DNA of 64,000 nt from Marsupella aquatica (taxonomy: Eukaryota > Plantae > Marchantiophyta): assembly GCA_973895155.1 (NCBI GenBank), contig OZ316894.1, forward strand, positions 24,798,709 through 24,862,708, read 5' to 3'. Shown piece after piece: positions 24,501-34,282 of the stretch. A program made the position numbers and the translations under genes. The notes below the pieces were generated by a model. It saw nothing but the letters and a program-made list of their open reading frames with translations, ran no database searches and was not told where the DNA came from. Numbering within the stretch: position 1 is the first letter of the stretch; each line of letters begins with the position of its first letter.

Positions 24501-26846
24501 ACTCTATCTGGGATCTTCGCACACACCAACTCATCCACCTCGCCAGGGGTGCGAATCTTGTGCTGCTCTGCCAAAATGATCAACATGTGGGCATGGGGCA
24601 ACCCACACTTTTGGAACTCTATGACATACATAGAGGCAACGGGCCTTCCTAAGACCCCTTGGCGAACCTCTGCTAACAGCGCCCTTAGCTTCAGTTTGAA
24701 GCATCGTGCCACAATCTCATCCCGGTCGGCTGGACTTTGAACCTCAAAGCACTCTGCTTTGATCTTCGGCCATTCTAGATTGCAAGGGAACGTGATGAAG
24801 AGATCTGGCGGGCCGTATGTGCGTACGACAGCCATGGCATCCTGGTATGCTTGGGCCATGCTACGTGTGCTACCACCATAAGTAGAGGGCAGGATGAAAG
24901 TCTTGCCCAACTCACTTGTGCGTGCATCTCCCTCGTGCACGGCATCTTGAAGACCCGAATATAGGTCAGTTCGCAATTTTTGTTGATTATTGCGGATATA
25001 CGTCAAGCGTGTTTGATCGATGCATGCGTAGGCATCAACAATGGACTGCTTTAGGAGCCGTCCACCACGAAGGAGCCAATCATCATTGCATCGTGCATGA
25101 AGATGATATGCAAAGTATTGTAGTTGGGTGACCTTCTTGGACCCGTTACGTCCACTCCTTGCCCCGATAACAGCTTGATGAAGAACCCCGTCACTCATTT
25201 CAAAACCCGTCAATGGGATATCATATGACCATCCATCTTGGCCTCGCGAGAAAAGAAGAACATAGTGGAGTGGTGCATAAGACCTATGCCACTCAGAGAT
25301 CTTACGCAATTGCCCATCTGTTTGCCTAAGGATGATGTCCCTATGGCATACCTCTAAATCTTCATCACCCACCATGACAACGCCGATCTCATCAGCCGTG
25401 GGCTTGTTATAACGTCTTGGATCACTGTCGCGCTCGGCCAGGAGGCGTAAAGATGCCTCTGGCACATCACCCCCCTTGATCCGACTTCCTGCGTTCTTAA
25501 ATAGATGAACATATCCATTATGTTCATGCAACATGTCTTGTAGTTGAGCCAGTATCCTTGGATCCAAGTGCGGCATTCGGTTGAGCCTGCAACAAAAGCA
25601 ATTAGAACCACTCGGGTTGGAGATATATGAAAATGTACCTAAGCAAGATGGAAGAGCAAGTGGTCATGGGATTGGGGAAGGTACCTATTCCCCACTTCAT
25701 TGGCGGTGTCGTAAATGTACAATTGCGCGAATTTGGGTCCTTCTCCTATAGGGGGCAAAAGGCTTCCTGCAAGATGGTACAACGCTCCTTGGATACGAAA
25801 GGAATAAGGCCCTCGACTATTATTGCGCTCATCCACTTTTGCACCAATGGAGGTAAACGCCAAGGCATTGTTATAACCTCTTATGTTGTTGCGGAAATTC
25901 TTCCCAACATTGTCTTGCCTTGTAAGCAAGCTTTGTAGAGGCTCGGGTGGGGCACCAAAAGGAGGCAATTTCACCTTGCCGTCCGCACAACAGGCACTAC
26001 GCCATACGCCCCAAACCATGTCGAGCCAAGTGAGGATCCAACGGCCTTCGCACCTTTGGAAGACGACTGATTAGTTGTGCCCTCCGTCTTCTTCGTGCTA
26101 TTTCTTCTTCGCTCCGCAATGCAGGTGTGACTGGTGCAGCTGCCAAACTCTCCTGGACTTTAGACATAATATCCGGCCCTACATCCGGTTCCCTTTCTCC
26201 ACTTGACAGCTCCAAGGTCCCCTCCACAAAAGTGTCAAATTCACCATCCCCATCGTTGACATAATCTTCTTCAGCTTCATATAATTCCCCCACCGCATGT
26301 TGATCAAACCCGCCATCCATTGCCCCATTGATGAGCCACTCCTCATCAAACAAATGAGTTTCAGTGTGAGTGTGCATCGGTTCCTCTGGCGGACAATCAA
26401 TCCCCATCATCCAACACCCCATTGATAAGCCACTCCTCATCATAGAGGCAAGGTTCCGGCTGAACATGTGATGCTGCCTCATAGGACGCGTTGGAGGCTA
26501 ACTCCAATGGAGGATGGTGAATCCCACTTTCATCCAAAGCACCTTGAATGAGCCATCCTTCATCAAATACATGTGGGTCACAGGGAACCAAGGGTTGGCA
26601 GACCAATGTGCTCGGATCACCAACACTAATATTGGAAATGGCATGGGGCCTTTCCAATGCTTGCCCTTGACCCCGAGCCTCATGATGAAGCTGTCTTCCA
26701 CTGTTCATACGGCAAACCAAGTTTGGTTGAGCGCTCACCTCTGCCTGAACCCCATGAGTTGGAGCCCCCGCATCCCCTCCATTATTCCCAACCACCCCAT
26801 TTTGTTGTTGCTGACGCTGCGCTCGCCTCGCCCTCCGTCTTTCATT
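21531..26846 (-). pseudogene. Helitron RepHel (HUH Rep endonuclease + PIF1-type SF1 helicase), disrupted; first 22 codons displaced to 45872-45807
   Basis: Rep motifs PDLFITFPCN, YVIEFQKCGLPHAHMLI and KYLYKYVYKG. Helicase motifs FIDGPGGTGKT, VLWDEAPM, AGDFQQVLPV, GLCNGTRL, AYAMTINKAQGQTL and HGQLYVAFSR. Intron 25684-25587. Lesions: frameshifts ~26400 and ~22765, apparent deletion ~26000, stops at 24488 and 24031, MITE at 24063. Confidence 0.95.
24063..24349. mobile_element. MITE (287 bp) inserted in RepHel
   Basis: TIR CTTAGGGGGTTGACTA / TAGTTAACCCCCCGAG; subterminal inverted repeat GGAACCACGTGCGATCC (16/17); direct repeat TCCATCCC at 24055-24062 and 24350-24357. Removing it restores CTKKYPCEFSSETQFGDGGYPLYRR. 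Confidence 0.9.
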
Positions 26847-29546
26847 CACTAGAAGAATCCGAGGTGAACTGAGACCGCAATATATGACTCATTTTGGCTC
26901 ATGAGACTTCATTGTGACTCAACGTGACTTGACCCACGCTGTGACCCTTGGAGTTGCAATAGTTGAGACCAAAAAATGGAAGTCACTATTGATACTGGGC
27001 TTTGCAACTTGCTTGATACCCATTTGTGACTGATCTGTGACTTTATTGTGGAGTCTAGCCTTGTTTCGACGTGACTGCAATATGACTTCAGCGAGTCACA
27101 TCGTAAGTCATATACATGACTTACCCGCATTCAACAACGACTAGCGTGTGACTATTTAGTGTCACAGGAGAGACCAATGGAGACCCTGGCCCGCGTCACA
27201 CAACAGAACCATTTGGGACTCTATATACTCATGTTTATAACTAATAAGGTTCACATGCAAGTTATAACCATGACTAATGAACACAGAGGGACAGTTCATA
27301 AGGAGAGAGAGCACTCGACATTACAATACATAGAAACTTGATGTTCTAACTTTAGAAATATAACACATTGAATACAAGAAATGAACATAGTATGAATGAC
27401 ATCCACATGAAACAAAGCATCATATAAGCAGATCCTACATAAAACATTCATAAGAATTAAACACAATCACAATCTTGCTAAAAAATGAAGATCATTTGAA
27501 TTCCAATGGAATAGTTTACAATGTGATCAATGTAATTTAGACAAAACAGGAACTCATAATTGATGACTGTAGGATGAGATAACTGAAAGCACATGCATGA
27601 TACTATGAATCTCCAAGAGGACATGATTCTTGTACTGCTTCTTGACATCTAAAATCTACATAACATGACTCACACTACAAACAAATAATGGCATGACATT
27701 GTTATGGATCCTCTATGAACTTGCTTGGCCATAATACCAAAGAACCTGCAGCATCTCCAAGTGTCTTTTGAGGAGAATCATCATTTGTGTTTGGAATGGG
27801 AAGGACAGCTTTAGGTTTCACTAGTAATGTGACTAACACTACTGAATAACCTGGGGGAATCCTCTTGCCATGGAACGTTGTGGCTTAGACGCAGAATGCT
27901 CCGCTGTGATATTGTCTCCAACTTTTCTAGTGCAGTCTAGGCAATTAGACTGCTTTTGCGAAAACTGCCCTTCTTAAAAGTGAGCAATACTAATAAGCCT
28001 CGGGGGTGGAGCGTTTGTTACGATGGCCGTGGACCTACCGTGGGCTATGGTAGAACACTCTATTGTCTATGATGATTCTGAATCTGCTTGAACTGCGAGT
28101 GGATGTGCTTTAAGGCAAACTTGTCGGAGAAATTAGAATGGGGGGACGGAGCTGTCAGTGCTTAGGTTGTGGCATTTTTGAGATTGTCAAGAGTAATCTG
28201 TGATCTCATTTCTAAACGGTTTGAGCTCCTCTGATGTGCATAGGAATCGGGCTGAGGAAAGCTTTTGGGAGCTATCATCGGAACTAGCTTTCGATCTATT
28301 TCTGCTACTTTTGAATTGGTACTTGGGAAGGCTTTGTATCGTTAAGCACTACAAGATTCACAGGCCAGACCTGCTTGCTAGTATGAGGGGCTTTGAAGGA
28401 ATGTGTGGCCAGGGCTGATTAAGTATGGATTAATTTTGCATTGCCTGAGATACTGAAACTGCCACCCGCTTTGTTTCAATGCCTTTGATATTAATTGTTA
28501 ATATCTCAAGAGGGTCGTCAACTAAGCTGAAAGGAGTCAAAGCTAACTACAAGCTGGCAAATACAGAGAATGCTCCCAAGTCGAGTCAGGAGGAAGTTAC
28601 TAAAACTAGACCTTCACAACTCTCGAAACTGGAAAGTGAAATTCAGCGTGAGACACGTAGCTGAAGGCCACAAGGATAACTATATGGCCACGCTGTCCCC
28701 CATTCAAGTCCAAAGTCCTCTTCAGATTGTCTGAACTCCTATTGAATGTATTGAATAATTATTTCATCACAGAAATTTTCAGAACAAACACGGAAGCACC
28801 AGGGGGCTGAGGATTGGATATTGAGGCTGAAGACATTGAGGTCATAAACTAGGTGTGGTTCGGGTGACAATGTTAGCAACTGATGCTTCTTCAGGGGAAC
28901 TTCCCATGTGCAGTTTATCCACACATGATTGACTTTGGTTCTTGCTGTTTTTCTTTTGGTGTACTCTTGAGTTTGGTGTCACTCTATCCTTTCCTGTAGC
29001 CTCGAAATAGGAACACACCTGCTTAGTGGTCCCCAATCGCCCAATGATTTATAATGACTGTGTCTAGGTGATGTATGCATTGCGTGTTCATTCCAGAAGA
29101 ATGAATATGTACACTTTGCACAAACCTGGACAGATTTTGAATGTTATTTATCTGAGTTTCTGTTTGTGAGCTCTGACTTGGAGCCTTAACATTTGTGTTT
29201 CTGTGGGGCTGAGCAGAGTTTGTTCCGTCTAGAAGCTGCTGTACTGAAGTGATCAGCCTCCGGCTTGGAGGTGAATCTTCAATTTTTTGTGGATCCGAGT
29301 GACTTCTGTCCAGCTGAGTTTTGCTTTGTCGGGACGATTGTGTTTGGCTAAGATGCTAGATTGTGACTTGTCTTCTTGCTTCCAGCTTGTGTATTTTCAA
29401 TTAATAGAAGTTGGGAACGAAGTGATAATTGAATTTCCTTATATTAAGCATCTTCACCTAGAAACTCAATACATAAACTCCAGGATTCCCTCGGGACATA
29501 AAATGAGCCAAATTGTCTCAAAATTGGGAACTTGCACCCGCACTAC

Positions 29547-29889
29547 TCAAACAATTGTGTTGGGCTTGGTGGCCTTGTAAGTCTTCTTTAGCTTTCGCAA
29601 TGGAGGTTGAATCTTGCAGTACGTCAAGGGGAACTTGATCTTTGAATCATGGAACTGCTTGGTACTTTCTCGCTTGCACAGAGAGACAGGGACTGTCGTA
29701 GTCTTCATGATCTGGATGCAAGGGAACCGAACTCTATGACAAGAAGCCATCTCATCATACATCTGCTCTGCAGCTCCGTTTCTTGTGGTATCACAATATT
29801 CCTTGTACATGTTGTGATAACCTGTACGACTCTGATACGTGGACCCAGATACCGAAGTTCTTAATTGTGGTGGGCTTCTTTTCGAAGAT
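29547..29889 (-). pseudogene. RPL18A: Captured last exon of 60S ribosomal protein L18a (eL20) with upstream intron acceptor
   Basis: CTACCAG|[16 protein letters not shown], then a frameshift at ~29839, then [43 protein letters not shown]...[18 protein letters not shown]...KPNTIV*. No upstream RPL18a exons are visible. Confidence 0.9.
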
Positions 29890-30897
29890 CTGGTAGACAC
29901 ATTATTCAGCATTTGCTAACTTCGAAACTAGAAGGGTAACACATTAAACAACAGAGAAACTCACAACATCCTCCTTTGGTCCTTCAGAGTCTGTACTTTG
30001 ATTCTGAAGTTTGACTGAGTTTTTGTTTACTAAAAGAATGTGACTGTGTAAGAGTTCCGTTTGGCAGTGGATTGGTTGAAGCACTTCATGCTAGTGTGTT
30101 GTCCACAGCTCTTCAACTAGCTTTCGTCTTCCTTGTCTTTCACCACTTACGATGACATCAATTCAGCTAAGACCATAGAAGGTTCCAAAGCATCTAACTT
30201 GTAAAATCGCATTCTATTACATCAAGGACTAAGGTGTTGGGTGCCAAAGGAGACAGCACAACAAACACGCTGAAAAGACTTCAGGACTGGGTTCAACAAG
30301 GTAGTGAAGGTGCTTAGAGCCATAGTAAGTATGCATTCTGTATCTTTCTCTGTTGATGTGAGCTTGTGCATAATGGGAGTTGTAGTTGGCAAGAGTTCCA
30401 AATATGAATAGATCCAGAAGTATGTGATCATGTACTTGCTCTATAAAGTTCTGAAGATATAAGCATTTTCTGTTAGACCAGACAACTTGGGAGTTGGTAA
30501 GTGTCACCTGCATCTGAGGGGCTACACCGGGGCATCAGTGGAGGTTCACTTGCACAACACGACAACCAGTGAATTTTCTCTCTATTGCAACCTGCAAGGT
30601 GAGACTTTCGGTCTTTCTGGATGAAAAAACAGGAGTTTAATATGATTGATATACATGTCCGTCGAGAATATGGGTTTATCACCAAGCTCTTTGTCTTAGG
30701 AAACTCATAAACTCAGAATCAAATATGTACTATGCATGTTTCATGCTATGTGTATACTATGACCTGTAGTTGGAACCAAGACAATGAGTGGGAACTGATT
30801 AGTTTAGGTGGTTGCTGTTGGCGAGGCAAGTCGACCTCCTGCTCACCTTGCTCATCAAAGGACGTGAACAGAGGACATCACAACGAAAGCAACACTT

Positions 30898-31347
30898 ATG
30901 GTGAGGACCCGCAACGCTGAACATGTGCGACTTGCACGCAAGGCAGAGATGTTGCGCCTTGAGTATGTCAGACTTGGGATCCTTCCAGCCCAATCTGCAT
31001 GGTACTTTGAGTACCCTGTTGTTTCCAGGAACAACTACAGCCGGCCTCTACCTGCTTCAGTACCCTTCCCGACATCCTTGGTATTTGTGTCTCTTGTACA
31101 TGACCCGCCACAAATTAGGTGCCAAGGGTGTGTACACAGTTGCCAATATGACTGTCCTGCCTGTAGGGCTTCTGGCCCAGAATTGGATGACCGTTCTCTT
31201 GGATGCCGATTTTTGCACAGAGCACAATGTATCATCTGGAACCACTCGCCATCCTGCAGTGTGCCTGGTGATGTCACTTGTCCTGCCCTCCCAGACCCCA
31301 CCACCGGTGACTTTGGTGTCTACACATGTTTGGATCACATGCTCTAG
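30898..31347 (+). CDS. Cys/His-rich hypothetical cargo protein of the CACTA (149 aa)
   Basis: Uninterrupted ATG ORF starting MVRTR, with CQGCVHSCQYDCPAC and further Cys/His; an acceptor-like TTTAG|G lies upstream at ~30806. Confidence 0.4.
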   Translation: MVRTRNAEHVRLARKAEMLRLEYVRLGILPAQSAWYFEYPVVSRNNYSRPLPASVPFPTSLVFVSLVHDPPQIRCQGCVHSCQYDCPACRASGPELDDRSLGCRFLHRAQCIIWNHSPSCSVPGDVTCPALPDPTTGDFGVYTCLDHML

Positions 31348-31962
31348 AGGACCACTTGTCACACCGCATGCACAGACCAGATACCATTGACCTATAGCTT
31401 AACACTCTGACTTCAACACAGAGGATATTTACTTAAAATTTTGATGTATGAGCAATTTTGGGTCCAGGGTTTAGGGTCAACAGTACATAACTTATATCCT
31501 ATTATGCCTGCACTAAGCAAAATATCCTAATTTAAGAGGCTAGCAAACTCGCATAAAAGTCTCTATTGAAAGACTGCTTTCATGACTGCTTTAACCTGGT
31601 GAACATTGCAACGTTGAATGAATTAATGGGCCATGTGATAATATGCAAAATGATTTATGCCTCACTTATTTGTCTCAGCCACTATCATAACCTATTTAGG
31701 ATGTATAAATTTCAACCCTTATGACACTGCTTCATACCAATCCTCTTCGAAGAATGCCTGTTTTACATGTCACGACTATTGTATGTGATTCAAATGCATG
31801 AAATGTTGTTGCAGATCTCCTTTGGTGAATCATAGCCACAATTAAAATTGAGGTGTTGGTGGAGAAATTGTATTAGGGGATCAGTTTTGTGTGTGGGCTC
31901 AACATACCAAAAGTATGTGTGCTCTGCATCCTTGTGTGGCCATTCCAATTCATTGCAGTAGC

Positions 31963-32106
31963 AAATGCCTTTGTACCTTAAATGCTAAATATATTTTACT
32001 TTCTGTGCAGTCTGCTAAATTGTAGAGTCTATCTAAATGCCTTTGTACCTTAAATGCTAAATATATTTTACTTTCTGTGCAGTCTGCTAAATTGTAGAGT
32101 CTATCT
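31963..32106 (+). repeat. Perfect 72-bp tandem duplication just upstream of the PHD ORF
   Basis: AAATGCCTTTGTACC...GTAGAGTCTATCT at 31963-32034 and 32035-32106. Confidence 0.9.
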
Positions 32107-32117
32107 CATGCGCAGGC

Positions 32118-32936
32118 ATGGCACGGCCTAAAATTCAAGCCAAAAAGCGTGTGACAGAGGTGAGAAACACAGGTGTACTTGGGGCAGATGCTACTAACTT
32201 CTCTGCAAGTCAGATTTTCCAGAAGGCAGCTCATTGTTGTGCCATTTGTGACGATGGTGGGGGCCTGGTCATTTGTGAGGGCCCTTGCATGAGGCATTTC
32301 CACCTCAACCCGGAGTCTGACCTTGCTGCAGAAAACAACTGTCCAGGGGTGGGCCTCCCGTCAACACACGAGGGAGACTGGATGTGCACTGATTGTTTGG
32401 AGAAGCAGGCTAAGTGTGCACAGTGTGGGAAGTTGGGGTCCTATGAGGGCTCTGTTGATGCTGCAGCAAATGTTAGGAAATGTCCAGACCATTTTTGTGT
32501 GAGATTTTTCTGTTTTGAGTGTTTGCCTGCTCATGCCACAGCTTGCCCACTTCATAGGTGCAAGGCATGTGGTGAGCATGATGATGACTACTGGACTGAC
32601 ATAGTCCACTGTGCTAGGTGTCCCACTATGTGGCACTATCATTGAATGTATCCTCCTTTATAACAAAATATGTATGTGCCATGACAAGTTGGTTGCACTT
32701 CATTTCACCACGGATATGGATTTTGTAGTATATATTCAAACAATGTCCTGCATCCGTGCAGGTGCCTAGTACGTATTGTTCACATATCCCTTGTACCTAT
32801 CAAAATCGGACCTGAGCACCAGTGGGCCAGATCAACTCAAAAAGCAGGAATTTTGTTGTCCTTGTATTGTCAGGTGAACCCATTCTTCCAAAATTCACTG
32901 TCATCACGTAGAGTGTGTGTACATGGAGCCTGGTAA
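32118..32936 (+). CDS. EDM2/NSD-type composite PHD-finger protein inside the CACTA (probably two exons, donor mutated)
   Basis: CAICDDGGGLVICEGPCMRHFH...WMCTDC...KCAQCGKLGS...VRKC...FCVRFF...CPLHRCKAC...HCARCPTMWH follows the EDM2 PHD cluster as I recall it (CAICDNGG..CCEGSCLRSFH...HQCFICKNLGSSD...CPLHKC..C...CRRCPKSYH..C). A CA|TTGAAT (32641) to CAG|G TGC (32762) join would complete H-x-x-C. Confidence 0.75.
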
Positions 32937-33795
32937 ACGTAGAAAGTGTGACCACCCAGCAGTGTTTACAGGGGTCAGAGCGATTTTGGTCCATGGCCAG
33001 CATGGGTTGACCAAAGTGCATTGGCCAACTGTACAGAAACGATTCTCTGAGCTCCATGGCACTGTAGTTCAGGACATCACTCCAGAGACTACACATGTTG
33101 TTGCAGGGACATGGCTATCAGTGATAAATAAGTGGTCATGGTCCTACATGAATTCTGCAATTACTAAGCAAGGCCTAAAAGTAGTTGAGGCCTCTTGGAT
33201 CACAGATTCCATAGCACATAAGATTGTACAGGATACTGAGCAATATGAGTTGTGGGAGGATGAAGAAGCTACTGCATCAGCTTGGGCTGAACAAGAAGTC
33301 TGGGAAGCAAAGGCACGGCTTGCTGATCTCCAATATGGACCTGTACTCAACAAAGGACAGAGCTCTACAAGGCTGAAGAGTATGTTGGTTGAGGAGACGA
33401 AGCAACCAACCCCCATTCTGAAAGGGCTGAGCATGGTATTTGTGGAGGCGGGAATTGGAGAGGTTAAGTGCAAAGTGTACAAGTCCACAGTGCTTGACCT
33501 AGGTGGGACAGTGGAGGAGAATATAACAGAGGACACCACTCATGTCATTACTAAGTCATATCCCAAAGCCTGCCGCAAGTTTGGGAAGGGAGACATTCGC
33601 TTTTATGTCATGTCCCATAATGTGTTTGTGGTTTCATATGCTTGGCTTGTGGAATCAGTAGCAGCTGGGAAGCGTCAAAACCCAATGGACTATGATCTTT
33701 TTGAGGCCTGGCCACGGAAGGGTCAGGATCCTTACAGAGAGGACTATGAGACAACAAGTGAGGAATGGGTCATTAGCGATTCTGAATCAGAGTGA
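32923..33795 (+). CDS. Tandem BRCT-domain protein (two Pol-lambda-like BRCTs) inside the CACTA
   Basis: Open 290-aa frame. Two repeats carry BRCT hallmarks: F/L-x-G, GG/HG-TV, TTHVV/TTHVI, and W-I/L-x-D/E-S...Y-x-L. The second repeat (VFVEAGI...LGGTVEE...THV...KFGK...YAWL.ES..AG...N...Y.L) resembles the plant DNA polymerase lambda BRCT from recall. Confidence 0.8.
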   Translation: MEPGKRRKCDHPAVFTGVRAILVHGQHGLTKVHWPTVQKRFSELHGTVVQDITPETTHVVAGTWLSVINKWSWSYMNSAITKQGLKVVEASWITDSIAHKIVQDTEQYELWEDEEATASAWAEQEVWEAKARLADLQYGPVLNKGQSSTRLKSMLVEETKQPTPILKGLSMVFVEAGIGEVKCKVYKSTVLDLGGTVEENITEDTTHVITKSYPKACRKFGKGDIRFYVMSHNVFVVSYAWLVESVAAGKRQNPMDYDLFEAWPRKGQDPYREDYETTSEEWVISDSESE

Positions 33796-34282
33796 GGAGT
33801 AGTAGCATCAGTTTGGACACAAGTTTTTTTGTATAAATCAGATCATTGAAATAAATGTGATCTTTGAACTAATGTACCTTGTTATGGTTGGTGGCAGTTG
33901 GGCTTATTTTACTGTTGGCGGATTGTTGTTTCCTACTGCCTGGGGGTGTCACTGTAAACGTACATGCAGAGGCGGTACATTTGAGGACAGCGGAGGAGGT
34001 GGTGACACCCTCCAACATTTAGGAATTTTGTGTCATTCACTTGACAATAGGTACACTACTTGCGAACCTGTTTTTTTCTTTTGGGGTGGTTTAGGGTTTG
34101 TGAGAATTTAGTACACGGTATGTTAACTCTTTTGGCAGATACAGTCAGGGATATATGGAACACAAATACCACCATTAGGCATCCTTGTTCACTACTGTCC
34201 ATGACTGCAGAGCTCCCAGCCTGTTACAATGCACCCTGGTCACCACCCTCCCCAGACCTAGCCCAGGGCACAGGCACTGCCT

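Noticed and set aside
28347-28356. CACTACAAGA as the CACTA left TIR
   Set aside because: No inverse partner or TSD. The 26847/45803 pair has both and restores RepHel on removal.
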